64,000 nucleotides of DNA from Octopus bimaculoides. Taxonomy: Eukaryota. Made by a program: the position numbers and the translations under genes. Positions 37,745 to 50,934 of this stretch are shown here, piece by piece. Position 1 is the stretch's first letter; every line of letters starts with the position of its first letter. The notes under the pieces were generated by a model. It was given only the letters and a program-made list of their open reading frames with translations. It had not been told where the DNA came from and made no database searches. Location: assembly GCF_001194135.2 (NCBI RefSeq), contig NC_068987.1, positions 26,490,445-26,554,444 on the forward strand. The letters run 5' to 3'.

Positions 37745-39984
37745 GAGGTTGTGTGGGAGGAGCGTACATACACATGCACACATGTATAGGGTGTGTGCGT
37801 GTGTTTATGAGAAAATGGACAATAATGCCAAGAAACCTAATGCATTTGCACATGCTATTATATTCACACACACATACTCAGAGAGATACACGTATGTAGA
37901 TAACAATATCTAATTTAGAGAAAGTATATAACTATACATACATACACCTATAGATATATTAAAGTCATATGCATATATACGTTCAGGAACATATAGGTAT
38001 ATATGTATATATATTTGTGTGTGTGTGCTTAAACTTTATTTATACGAATATATAGGTACTTACACATACACACTCACACACATACATATTATATGCTTAT
38101 ATACATATAATATATGTGAAAATGTAAATATTATAAACCTATCTATCTATCTATCTATCTATCTATCTGTCTATCTGGCTAGGTAACTAGCTGTCTTGTC
38201 TTCGAAACGTCTAGATAGAATAGAGACAGCTGATGAAGGGATATTCCAAGTGGCTTTCCGTTTTCCTATGTGTTAGTTCCGTTGTCTGTAGTTTATTGTT
38301 CTAACGTCCTATACTCTGATATGCATGTATATACACATGTAGATGTAAGTATGTACATATATGTGTGTATACATGTATATATATTCTTTGTATTATATAT
38401 ATATATATANNNNNNNNNNNNNNNNNNNNNNNNNNNNNNNNNNNNNNNNNNNNNNNNNNNNNNNNNNNNNNNNNNNNNNNNNNNNNNNNNNNNNNNNNNN
38501 NNNNNNNNNNNNNNNNNNNNNNNNNNNNNNNNNNNNNNNNNNNNNNNNNNNNNNNNNNNNNNNNNNNNNNNNNNNNNNNNNNNNNNNNNNCATACATACA
38601 TACATACATACATACATGCATACATGCATACATACATACATACATACATACATACATTTAAGTATATATGAACAGTGCATGCAATATCAAACATAGCTGT
38701 TAAAGAAAATTTGCCTGGAAACATGTGTGAGAGAAATATGAAAATAAAAGAATTACCGAAAGCTTTCATTTTGTTTCTTATATTAATTTTTGTGTAGATT
38801 CTGACATTCCCTTGGAGTAGCAATCATCTGGATGATAACAGTTTAAATTGTTTTTCCCTCTTTTTTGCTGCTCTCTTACAGTACGTTTGGTATTTTGTCA
38901 CATATTTTGCATTGCATTAGTGAATATTAGCGCCGTTGGTTACATGAAAACTGTGGTGTTTAGTGGATGACATTGAAATCTTACCTGTATAAGACACCAG
39001 TCTACCACAGGTAACATTTCTTACGAGAGAAATTGAATTCGTTACTGCCCACCCCCAAATTAGTATTCATCTACAGTGTTTCAGTTACTGCCATCGGTGA
39101 AACACATCTCTGTGCAGTATTTAAAGACACGGTGACTCAGTTAAATTTGTTGCTCATAGACAAGACGTAAACATGTTTGAATCAATAATGGTTCAGCAAA
39201 ATTTTATTAATGTTTTTGTCAGACATGCTGGAAGGGCAATAACTCTTGCCAGGACTTCTGAAAATGGTTGGAAGAAGGAAAGAATGCTTGCAAAAAATCT
39301 GTTAACGTCTCCCAGATGCCAGATGGTTGTTTTATATTGGGTAATAAATTAAGTTCAGTTTCTAAGAAAAAGGACTGCATGATTTTCAAAATTCACAAAC
39401 CTATGACAGAAGATATTTGCCCTAAATTATGTAATGTGGGATCGAACCATTCATTACGTAGTTGCCACCTGAAATTCTTGCTCGCATTAATTATTACCCT
39501 GCCCTAAAATTCATATGAACTGAGTAGTGGAGTTGAGAGCGAGAATATGAAAACTTAACGCTTTACCAAAAATGTCAACAGTGTATAGGGAAATAACCTT
39601 CATTGAGAATCAAATCAATGATGAGGCTGCTATGATTTGTTGTCTTATATTTCGTTTCATCCACTCCTACAGAGCAGATTAATGAACAAATATATTAGCC
39701 ATGATTATCGAGGCTTTTTCCTTATATGCAGGATATCCAGAACAACATAATACAATGTGTCCCTCTTTAAAGTCAGTAGGATGTGATGTGAGAGAGATTT
39801 GACAGCTGTTCTGTAGGTAAGGTGACCACAAGAGACTTCTTCGTTAGCTGACAACTAAATTTACTCTATACACTGTTTCCTAGTATTATTCTTTATTTGT
39901 AGTATACGGAAAATATATAACTGAATCATGTTCCCAATTTACCTATCTAACTATGTGTATAAATACACATATTGGTGTTCATAG

Positions 39985-40200
39985 TGTGTGTGTAACCACA
40001 TGTGGATCGGTGGTGATTTCTTCCGTCTTCCTTTTCTCTTGAACTTTCCTCCGTGTCCTATTTCTGACGAAGAGGTTTGCTCGAAAGGTAAAATCTACAT
40101 TTCTTTCCTTTCCAGAGCGTCTACTAATACTTTGCATGTACCACATCCTCACGTTGTTGTTTTTTCTTGTGTTTGTTCTTCGTTATTCTTGGGGGATTTA
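39985..40200 (+). mobile_element. Penelope-like pLTR/3'UTR fragment with hammerhead-like motif
   Basis: attt-CTGACGA-A-GAG-gtttg-CTC-GAAAG-GTA-aaat at 40060-40094, followed by tttcc..gagcgtctactaatac. Homologous to 9490-9660. Confidence 0.65.
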
Positions 40201-40237
40201 GTATATATATATATATATCACTTATCTTTCATATTTT

Positions 40238-40318
40238 AATTATTTCAGTCATTTAACTGAAACCATGATGGGACATTACCTTCGAGAGTTTTAGTCGAAG
40301 AAATCGACCTTAGAACTT
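40238..40318 (-). mobile_element. SINE family A, 3' tail fragment
   Basis: TTTCAGTCATTTAACTGAAACCATG...TTTTAGTCGAAGAAATCGACCTTAGAACTT. Confidence 0.65.
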
Positions 40319-40357
40319 AGATCTGTGATGTAAATGACGTAAAGGAAGAAAAAGGGA

Positions 40358-40800
40358 CCCTCCACTTCAGGGCCAGGTTCAGCCCTTTTAAAACGGCATC
40401 TAGCTCCGTCACATTGATGTGGTTGCAGTCGTCCTTCTTCCTAAGGCAAGCCGCATCGTCCACCACGACACGTCTAATTTCCAGGACAACTCCCGTCACC
40501 ATGCTGTTGGCAACACACCACACGATCCCCTTCTTCAATTCGGGCACATACCAGTTCCCTCTTACTGGGTCCTCCGCAGTCACTCTCTCCAAGACTTCTT
40601 GCATCATGGCGGTTGTCTTCTCGCCCAGTTATCACTCCAGCTCACTCCTTCAGCTCGCCTCTTGATGAAGCTGCATGCCGGCCAGAGCCATCCTGCAATC
40701 GGGTAGTGTCCCAGCAGCTTCCAACACACAGAAAACAATTTCCGCTTATTCGTTTTTGCGCCCAGTTCTGGGATCTCATTCTACTTTCGGTGACAGCTCT
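40358..40800 (-). pseudogene. Ty3/Gypsy-type pol relic (RT-RNase H junction and RNase H)
   Basis: KRKLFSVCWKLLGHYPIAGWLWPACSFIKR, then (frameshift) DPVRGNWYV...WCVANSMVTGVVLEI..VVVDDAACLRKKDDCNHINVTELDAVLKGLNLALKW. Locally GC-richer; no LTRs found. Confidence 0.8.
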
Positions 40801-41404
40801 GAATGACCAGCTTTTGTAAAGGGATTTGTGCAGTTTGAGCTTAGTTGAATATCTGACGTTCACCTTTTTCATGACCGATGGAGTTTGTTTTCATCGCCCT
40901 TATTGAACTGAGGTCCGAAATGAATGTGGATCTGAGGCTCTTAACCTATCCACTTCAAGATTGTATGATGCTGCTTCTTGCTTTTTTGAAGTTGTTAAAA
41001 TCTTGTTCTTTTCCTGAACGAACTTTCATTCTGTAAAACTCTTGCTGTTCTTTCTAGTCTGGTGGTGATAACAGGGAGACCCGTTTCTGTGAGTTCTGTT
41101 ACGTCAACAAAACGCCGGTTGCTAAGTGACTACCCTCCGCTGGAAACGTAGGTCAATCACATAGTGTCACCAGGATGATATATTTCAAGAAGCTGTTGAA
41201 AAGTGCTGGAGAATGAAATCAGATATGATGAACTCCAACCACTGTCCTGACAAACTTCCAGATGTTATTCAATAGAACTGCACTGCATGAGTTTTCGCAC
41301 AGTTCTTGAATCACTTGGATGAGGTTAGTGCTAAAGTCATGTTTCACGTTCCAGAAAATATATACCACAGACTTGTTTTAAGGACGTTTGTATCTATGTG
41401 TACA

Positions 41405-41570
41405 TATGAAGCGCGCGCGTCACGCGTGTATGTGTGTGTGTGTGTATGTGTGTGTGCGTATGTGTTTGTGTGTATGTGTATGTGTGTGTATGCGTGTGTG
41501 CATAATTATGTATGCAGGTGTGTACATGTATGTATGTATGTATGTATGTATGTGTGTGTTTCTGTGTGTG
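41405..41570. repeat. (TG)n/(TATG)n imperfect array
   Basis: Directly visible. Confidence 0.9.
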
Positions 41571-42189
41571 CATTTTACATATAAATTTACGTAAAAACGA
41601 CTGATCTTTAACTGAAAATAAACTCCTAATACATGAAAGTAGAATATTGGTTGTTACAAGGAAACATGGTGTCAGAGGCTTTGAAGATTCGAATTATAGT
41701 AGATTGACAGAGTCATTATAACAGCTGAGAACAATGATTTTTGATATATATATTTTTTCTAATTGCACCGTTTTTATTCTAATTGTATATTTCATTCTTG
41801 ATCTAACCAATACCACATATAAAATCAAAATCAAACGAAAGGACATACAAACATTAGATTAGATCGCTAATAAGTATTATTCGTAGCAATTAGAGATGGC
41901 TAGGTGATCGATGAAAAAAGAAACAAAGCAAAAACAACTTAGTAGGTAGTCACAAGTCTTGATTCATGCGATGTGCTCTGTTTGTGTGGAAAAACAAACA
42001 TTATTGTAAATTACCTAGGTTCGCACACTCGTTGGAAAGGGGCACAGTATTATCGTTTTATCTGGTGATCTTACTCGTAACAGTGTGACATATTATCTAA
42101 GTGGTGTATCTGCAGTCAGATTAACAAGAAATGGGATCTAAGTAGGAAAAACCAAGTTATATATATATATATTTACAATATTTACATAT

Positions 42190-42218
42190 ACATACACACA
42201 CACACACACACATATATA

Positions 42219-42308
<90 letters not shown>
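42190..42308. repeat. Compound (CA)n-(TA)n-(TG)n
   Basis: Directly visible. Confidence 0.95.
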
Positions 42309-42309
<1 letters not shown>

Positions 42310-43097
42310 CTAAACAGTAAAAAATATTTTCATGCCTTTTATTGTTTATTATAATCATTATTTTCCAATAAATATGTTCTTATCACGGGCAGTACTTATA
42401 CTAAGATTATTTTCCTAAAGAAACGTAGACAATTGAATCGTACGTGAAGTGATATAGTTGGTTTTAATAGGACGGTGTTCAGGCAAAGCTTTCCATTCCG
42501 CTTGTGTCATCCGAAAAGATTTGTATATTTCTGTATGTTTTTAAAATGTTACCTTTAGATTCTAACCACACTCTCATGATGTAGTGACGTCTGATTTGAC
42601 AAGGAGTGATTGATTCGTTTCTTCGCGCTGCTTAATCAGATAAATATCGATTTCTTGAAAGGAATCTAATAGGAATACTCGTCACGAAACAGCTTTTAAT
42701 CTAATAGATGGCTTTTAAATATGTCCATCAGCTAATGAGAGTGAGAGGGAAAGAGAGAGAAGTATAATGTGGGAGAGACAACCTCCTTGTAGGTCTACAT
42801 TTCCTGTAAAGGGCCTCTTTTTTTTTGTTTTCTACTCATTTACCTTTATTTTCTGCATGGTCTTGTTCTTTTGTTGCAGCCAATTTCTGTTGTGTTTATT
42901 GGCGTAGGCATAAAATAGTATTAAAAGTCAGATTGCTATCGACGTTTCTCTCTACTGATATTTAACTGACGATAAAACATACTTGGGTTCTCTGAACAGA
43001 AATGAGAAACAGAAGAAGAGAAAAAAAGGCAAGAGGGAGAAATAAAGATAAATGACTATGGAAAGATTGAGAGGCCATAGCGAAAGAGATGGAAACC

Positions 43098-43099
<2 letters not shown>

Positions 43100-43149
<50 letters not shown>

Positions 43150-43255
43150 GAGAAAGAGAGAGAGAGAGAGGGAGAGAGAGGGAAAGATAGAGAGAGAGAG
43201 AGGGAGAGAGAGGGAAAGAGAGAGAGAGAGAGAGAGCGGGAGAGAGACAGAGAGA
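43100..43255. repeat. (GA)n microsatellite, imperfect
   Basis: Directly visible. Confidence 0.95.
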
Positions 43256-44819
43256 AAGATGATGTATAGAGAGTGGGTAATGAAATAAATCAGTGCTCTG
43301 TGGTGGCGGTAAAGTAGAAAGTAAAATCAAGACAAATACATCTTTACATTTGAAAAGAAAAGATAAATCTGCAACCGCAAACGTAAATTTCTCAGCCCCC
43401 CCCCCAAAAAAAAATCAAAATAAATAAAATAAATAATATTAAAGGATAAATTTTACTCATTATCGTTTTGAGAGAAAGTTACTCGTTTTTGAAAAAGTAC
43501 AATTTAGTTCCAGCTAAAAGAAGGAAGCTGAACTCAGTGAACTGAATCAGATGATGGGTGAGTTTTTTGCTACATTCTTCAAGCATTTGCTAACTGGATT
43601 CCATGTGCGATATCAGTACAAAATAGACGATGCAAAAACTGATGTGATTTTCTACTGCTGCTGTTCCGACTACTGAGCCATAATTTATTTATAGAACAAC
43701 TGGGTTTCTTTCATAATTAGTTGTTTTCAGAGAATAGCCATTCCTGTAATAAATTCCTTCTTTTATTTACTGAAACCGTCGTTAAAAAATCATCTACGTT
43801 ATCTATTTATTCATCTCTCTAACTCTGTTTTCTCTCTGTGTCTGTCTCTCTTTTATCTCATTATCTATGTATCTGGCTACCAAGCTATATATTTAACAAT
43901 CCTATTTATCTATTATATATTTTCTTATTTAGTATGTTAATTTTTATTTTAAGTCTCTTTTCTCCACCATCTTCGTGCGTTTTTTTTTTCACACTTTCGT
44001 CTGTGGGGAATAAGGTAGGTCGCGAGTTACAAGAAAAAAAAATTAATGAGTGAAAGACGAATATACTGAAATTATTCCATCTCCAGCTTAAATGAAATTC
44101 ATTAAACATAAAAGAAATGTCTTTTATGTTTAAGAAACATAAAATGAAACTTAAAAGTAATTATATATTCCAAAAACTAATAAATGAATAGAATTTTAAA
44201 CCACAAAATAACATATTATACACTTTAAAACTCATTGATATACCTCACAGGCAATAATAACAATGATACCCCCCCACCACCACCACCGAAAAAAAAACAA
44301 TAATAGTGTTGTATTGTAACAAAGCTTTATATTTATTGCGAAAGGGTGTACCTTATTGTCTCGACATCACAATTTATTACTGATACGAGTAGAATGTATT
44401 CTAACATTGCAGGAGCTGAGAAAGGCATAGTTGCTAACTTCTGAATCTGAGTTGCAAGTGAAATCCGGAAGAAACACTGAAAAATTCACAATAAGAGGGT
44501 AGTAGTTATCAATTCGCTCAACAACTCCCATTGTATAGTAGCTGCCCACCTGTTGGGTTCAGAATTTATAGGGGAGAGTCACATCTTAAATGAAATAGAC
44601 GAAACAAATATACTACCATCCCTAAATATGCTGAATGAATAGCAAATAAACCCAACACCACCTCACGTACGTCCATTCCCATATTACTATCATTTCTTCT
44701 TTTACTCCCATCACCTACCTCCCCCTACCAAATAAAAACAGAAATAACCACAAAGCGAGATTGGCATTCATGATGGCAAGAAGGAGTAAACATCCCTCTG
44801 TGATTCATCCACTAATGTG

Positions 44820-45870
44820 CAGGAGAGGCTGTGCGGTACGTAGCTCGCTTACCAGCCACATGGCAAGTGTCTTCTACTATAGCCTCGGGTCGACCAAAGC
44901 CTTGTGAGTGCATTTGGTAGACGGAAGCTGAAAGAAGCCCGTCGTATATATGTATGTGTGTGTATATGTTTGTGTGTCTGTGTTTGTCCCCCCAACATCG
45001 CTTGACAACAGATGTTGGTGTGTTTACGTCCCCGTAACNNNNNNNNNNNNNNNNNNNNNNNNNNNNNNNNNNNNNNNNNNNNNNNNNNNNNNNNNNNNNN
45101 NNNNNNNNNNNNNNNNNNNNNNNNNNNNNNNNNNNNNNNNNNNNNNNNNNNNNNNNNNNNNNNNNNNNNNNNNNNNNNNNNNNNNNNNNNNNNNNNNNNN
45201 NNNNNNNNNNNNNNNNNNNNNNNNNNNNNNNNNNNNNNNNNNNNNNNNNNNNNNNNNNNNNNNNNNNNNNNNNNNNNNNNNNNNNNNNNNNNNNNNNNNN
45301 NNNNNNNNNNNNNNNNNNNNNNNNNNNNNNNNNNNNNNNNNNNNNNNNNNNNNNNNNNNNNNNNNNNNNNNNNNNNNNNNNNNNNNNNNNNNNNNNNNNN
45401 NNNNNNNNNNNNNNNNNNNNNNNNNNNNNNNNNNNNNNNNNNNNNNNNNNNNNNNNNNNNNNNNNNNNNNNNNNNNNNNNNNNNNNNNNNNNNNNNNNNN
45501 NNNNNNNNNNNNNNNNNNNNNNNNNNNNNNNNNNNNNNNNNNNNNNNNNNNNNNNNNNNNNNNNNNNNNNNNNNNNNNNNNNNNNNNNNNNNNNNNNNNN
45601 NNNNNNNNNNNNNNNNNNNNNNNNNNNNNNNNNNNNNNNNNNNNNNNNNNNNNNNNNNNNNNNNNNNNNNNNNNNNNNNNNNNNNNNNNNNNNNNNNNNN
45701 NNNNNNNNNNNNNNNNNNNNNNNNNNNNNNNNNNNNNNNNNNNNNNNNNNNNNNNNNNNNNNNNNNNNNNNNNNNNNTCATAAAAAAAACCCAGAAGTCC
45801 TGGGTTCGATTTGTTCGACTAATATCCTCCAAGGTGGTGCTCCAGTATGGTCTCAGTAAAATGACTATAT
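44820..45870 (+). mobile_element. SINE, family A, split by an assembly gap (B-box region deleted)
   Basis: 5' part 44820-45038 ends at GTTTACGTCCCCGTAAC; the 3' part resumes after the gap with AAGTCCTGGGTTCGATTTGTTCGACT...GTGCTCCAGTATGG...AAATGACT. Confidence 0.8.
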
Positions 45871-45879
45871 ATCTATCTA

Positions 45880-46060
45880 TACATATACATATACATATAC
45901 ACACATATACATACACATGCTGCCTCACTCACACACAAAGACCCACAGACACACAGATACACACACATGCACGCACACACACGCACACACATACACACAC
46001 GCACACACATACACACACGCACACACGCACACACATACACACACGCACACACATACACAC
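45880..46060. repeat. (CA)-derived imperfect array
   Basis: Directly visible. Confidence 0.9.
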
Positions 46061-46446
46061 TTTTTTTATTGAGGCTGAAAAAGTCACAAGCTGTTATGCT
46101 GAGTCTCACGTAGCTGTTCATTAGACAATTGTGAGTATTCAAAATAATGTAATAATTTATTTATAAATGATTATAATTTTCAGAATTTTCTCAACTGTCT
46201 AATGCACAGTTGCGTAAAATATTTTGTAACAATTTGTGAAGTATTTTAAGCCTGAATAAAATACTATTTAATTCAACCTTTGGTATTCGGATAATATTTT
46301 CTCCACCTTATTTTGCACATATATACCTGCATGTCTATATTTTTAACGTATATCTATATAAATATATTGTATGCATGTACATATATATATAAATAAATAT
46401 GTATGTATAGCTTTGTCAAAATTATACGAAGCCGTTCGATAGATTT

Positions 46447-46835
46447 TATCTTTTACTTGCGTCAGTCATTAAACTGCAACCATGCTGGGGCATCGCCATC
46501 AAGAATTTTTAGTCGAATGTATCGACTCCAGCGCTTGATTTTAAAAGCCTGGGTCTTATTCTGTCGGGTTCTTTTGCCGATTTCCTAAGTTACGGGTGCG
46601 TAAACACTCCAGTACCGTTTGTCAAGCTGTTATGGCGGGGAGGACAAGCACAAACACGAAGACATACACACGCACACACGACGGAAATCTCTCAGTTTCC
46701 GTCTTCGACATCCACTGATAAAGCTTTGGTCGGTCCGAGGCTATAGTTGAAGACACTTGTTTATGGTGCCACGCAGCGGGACTGAATCCCGAAACATGTG
46801 GTTCGGAAGTAAGCTTCTTACCACACAGCCATGCT
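46447..46835 (-). mobile_element. SINE, family A (full length, diverged)
   Basis: Reverse-complement match across the whole family A consensus, ending ...TTACCACACAGCCATGC. Confidence 0.88.
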
Positions 46836-47404
46836 TGGAGAAATACTGAAGATCAATGAAATATATAAAGGTCTAAATACCTGGGTCCAGCTATGTATTC
46901 AGTAAAAACTCTGCATGGCAATGCCGTAGCATGGCCACCGAGCAATAACTGATAACAGTAACAAAATATGGGAAGCTTTTTAGTTTAGTTTAAACATTAA
47001 AATATTTAACTTCTATCTTAAGCAGAAAATTACGCGTTCCCCATAAATCCTGTTTCTGTTCTTCGGATCTGAACTTTATCCGTTTTCAGGTTTAACGCCA
47101 TCACCTGGCCTTTGGGGGCTTTTTAATCAGACTCTACTTTGTTGCAAATGAAAGTTTGGCTGGATTTGAGCACAGAATGTTATATAATACAGATACCAAT
47201 CTGTGAAACACACGCTCTTACTGCTACTAATTCCAGTAATGATAAAAATAGAAATTTCTAAAGTAAGCCCAAAGCAAGAAGCAAGATTTTAGCAAAGGCG
47301 ATAAATCGACTTCAGCACTTCACTGGTAATTTTTTCAATTTGGAGGTCTGCAATAAATATTTCAAGCTATCTAAGCCAATGCACTAGCAATTTAGTTGAT
47401 CAAC

Positions 47405-47410
47405 TACCTT

Positions 47411-47471
<61 letters not shown>

Positions 47472-47660
47472 GCTGCTGCTGCTGTTGCAACTACTGCTGC
47501 TGCCGCTGCTGCTACAGTTGCTGCTGCTGCTGATGATTATAGTAGTAGTAGTAATAGTAAAAGTAGTAGCAATGATGATAATAATAATGATGATAATAAT
47601 AATAATAATAATGATAATAATAATAATAATAATAATAATGATAATAATAACAATAATAAC

Positions 47661-47710
<50 letters not shown>
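47405..47710. repeat. Compound triplet array (CTA)n-(CTG)n-(TAG)n-(ATG/ATA)n
   Basis: Directly visible. Confidence 0.95.
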
Positions 47711-47712
<2 letters not shown>

Positions 47713-49199
47713 TCAACAAATAATGCATAATGGATTAAAAAGCAAGGGAAAAGTGAAAAACACAACAAGACCCCAGGCACGACGAAGCTGAACTCGTGGA
47801 TATTTATCAATACATCGAGGACTGGTGGCAACTGGAAAGATCTCGGAACTGATAAAATTATCAATTTCTGCTTAAAATACTTTACCAGGACACAAGCAAA
47901 TGTGCAACAACTTTCAGTAAATTACTACAAAGATCAATACCAACATCCACTTAGTAACTGAAAAGGAAAGCAATATTTATTCCTCAAAATAAAGCTATCA
48001 CGGGGCGCCCAAATTCCTGAACAGTAACCTGTTTACCAACAGTATCGAAATTCTGATAAATGTACTAGGCTGCTCATCTGGAAAATAATAACATCATATT
48101 AATGTAACATAAAGATGTCGGAAAATGATGTATTGTTTGTAAAGAAAGGCTATTTACAAAAGGAATAATCATTGATGATTGGAGAGAAGAGAAACAGAAA
48201 TCTAAACATGACATGATTAAACAATACGCTTGGGTATTGAAGACACTCTTCATACACAAAGCAACCCTAATAACGAGGCATTATATCAATTTTGTCATGT
48301 TAAATATTAAATTCCACTAACACAGCATGAGATTAAGAGATAAAAAAAATGTAGCTCCATCCTCATAAGAGCGGAATACGTTACAGATGCTCCTTATTCT
48401 TGCTACATTTTCTTTTCATTCATACTCTATTAACAAATTTGAAGATTCATTATATCAATATTAGTAAAATATTATACACGATCCAACGAGAAAAGTCTGT
48501 GTATCGCAGATCGATATGTCTGATGCAGCAGTCAATTCTTGCTTGAAACACATTCTATCGTCTTAAAAACGTATACACGGGTAATTTATTTTGGAATGCA
48601 TAATGGTCGTAAAAAATAAAATTAAAAATACGAGATTCTCATTGGTGGAACATTCAACGATATGCTTGATGATTTTGACTGAATCTCTTTCACTGGGCAC
48701 AGCACCATCACTTTTTCCACTGAATACATTTGGAGGAGGTAAAACTCTCCTTTCTGAAGATTAGTTCCTTTCATATGAACATTGTCATAGTTCTTCCTCT
48801 GATTAAGCGGCAAAGATTTGAATATGGATATAATATCAAAAAAGCCCCGTCTTTCTCCGAAATAAGACATCCAAGCTGGACTCTATGCAAGACTAGTTTT
48901 TAAATGGAGACATACATTGCAGGTGATCAGTAAAACTGGACGAAACTGATGTGAGCTATAAGCTGCTAATAGCTCGAAATATCTGCACTAAAAGTAGAAA
49001 CAGGAAGGGCTATTTTTACCTGAACAATATCAATCGCAGTATATCTCTCTGATATTATCGAGTAAGTAACAATATCAATTAGGCTATATGCAAAAAGATT
49101 CACATAAAAATTGGGAATACGTGGTATAAGTAAGCTTAGATATCTTGAATCAAAAACTGATATGAAAATCTATGTATTCTGATTGATATTTTGATCCCT

Positions 49200-49715
49200 T
49201 GTGACTGAAACACTACGAAATGAAAGTAGGCAATATTGGGGGTTGCAATTGCTAAACATCTCCTACCACCCTCCAGCATTGATAAGCATAAGAAATGGTG
49301 ACTCGACTTTGAGAATTTGTCAACGATTCAATGGAATAATGATATCTTTGGTGAATCATCACTTGCTCTTTTTCACACACCGAGACGAATTTAAATCTGG
49401 AGGCAGTTAACACAAGACTTCAACCTAGACTGTTGAAGCATAGAGGTAGCTCTGTAAGGGCTCGAGCAGCCATGTCTTGGAATTTCTTAGCTCTTTAGTT
49501 CCACACGGAGAAGTCAACACCAAAGATCATCTGTGTATTTTGGTTGACCATGTTCATCTTGTTACACATATTGTTCTCTGATATTAATCTTCTTGGACAA
49601 TAATGCACAATTTTCATATGGTTAAGGTTCTTCAAAATTGGTGCGAAGTGCACAAAAGTGAAATAGACCACTTGTATTTTGGTCCCACAACCACTAAATC
49701 TCAATATAATTGAAG
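49200..49715 (+). pseudogene. Tc1-family DDE transposase relic
   Basis: Across frameshifts: QWNNDIFGESS (~WK.VI.SDES), LKHRGSSV (~VKHGGGSV), AAMSW, DNNA..HMVKVLQNWCEVHKSEIDHL, and a segment like WPPQSPDLNIIE (..LNLNIIEGL). Confidence 0.82.
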
Positions 49716-49721
49716 GCTTAG

Positions 49722-50410
49722 GGTGCTGATTTTGTTACGACGTTTCGTATCCGAGTCGTCAGATGTGAACAAACAATGACATCACAGATGAAAACGTCGG
49801 TAATGGGCACATAACTGCCTATTTCACAAATTTCTTCTTCTTCAGTCCCACATATAACCCATTAATCATCCATGAACTCATTGCTTCAATAACCACTACA
49901 TATAGCGGTGTAACGTTTTCGGATATAAAAATGTACATGTTAAACACTTTCCTGGCGGCTGGCACATAAATATTAATGTCTTGTAGGCACACGATATTTA
50001 GTTAGGGAACCATGATTTGTTACGACGTTTCATGTACGTCAGATGTAAACAAACGCGCGCTACTGCTAACACAGTAATACACAGAATTGACTTATAAAAA
50101 GGTTTAATATACTTTGTAGTATGCTTAACGAAATACTGTGTGCCTACACGTCATTAATATTTACGGACCAACTTTGAAGAATGTGTTTAATATTTAAATT
50201 GGTATCTCCAAAAACATTACTCCTCTATATGTAGTGGCTATTTAAGCAATGAGTTCATCGATCATTAATGGATTGGATGGGTGATGATGAAGGAGTAAAA
50301 ACTCCCGAAGTATGTCATATACGTCCATTACCCAGTTTTTAAATCTTCGATCTCATTGTTTGTTTACATCTGATGTCTCAGATACAAAACGCTAAAACAA
50401 AATCCGTGTT
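49722..50410. mobile_element. ~690-bp segment bounded by ~55-bp inverted repeats, with a third internal copy (unclassified)
   Basis: GATTTTGTTACGACGTTTCGTATCCGAGTCGTCAGATGTGAACAAACAATGA (left) versus TCATTGTTTGTTTACATCTGATGTCTCAGATACAAAACGCTAAAACAAAATC (right); shorter direct copy at ~50012-50053. Confidence 0.6.
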
Positions 50411-50837
50411 GCCTATAATTTCTATTGAAAATCTGTAGAGGTGACCCTAACACATATATATGTAACTGAACAAAAATAGTATATTACAGTATGACTAACG
50501 AAAGACACTAGACAAACTAACGGAGATGTTACAAAATGGTATCGAGTTAAAAGTTATGAAAATATAAGTTTAGCTCAAAATATATTTGTCACAAAACATT
50601 TAAAGACATGCAAAGCTATTCTACTGAGAGGTAAAATCCATATCACCAACAAGGCGCAAAGGGATCCACTATCTGGGATATTAGGAGAGCCACACAACAA
50701 AGAGGTAGGCTGGATTAAACCTTACACACACCAGCACATTGATTTAGGTCGGATGAAATGAGAGAAGAGTGATCAATACATGCTGAGGATATGATTATAC
50801 GCAACTTACTTTTCATCACATTGCGATCTTCTGGTGA

Positions 50838-50843
50838 GATAGG

Positions 50844-50908
<65 letters not shown>
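50838..50908. repeat. (GATA)n microsatellite
   Basis: Directly visible. Confidence 0.95.
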
Positions 50909-50934
50909 GCATGCGGGTATGCATTCAAAATTTG

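Noticed and set aside
38190-38270. GAAACGTC ... CTGATGAAGGG arranged like a type II hammerhead
   Set aside because: Stem I cannot form between the motifs and stem II is only weak G-U pairing.
38987-39027. Candidate minus-strand micro-exon ending in CAG|GTAAGA
   Set aside because: Splice-like signals alone are expected by chance; no supporting neighbours.
48630-48760. Minus-strand open frame RRVLPPNVFSGKSDGAVPSERDSVKIIKHIVEC after a CAG acceptor
   Set aside because: No recognisable family and weak donor; needs RNA-seq or TBLASTN.
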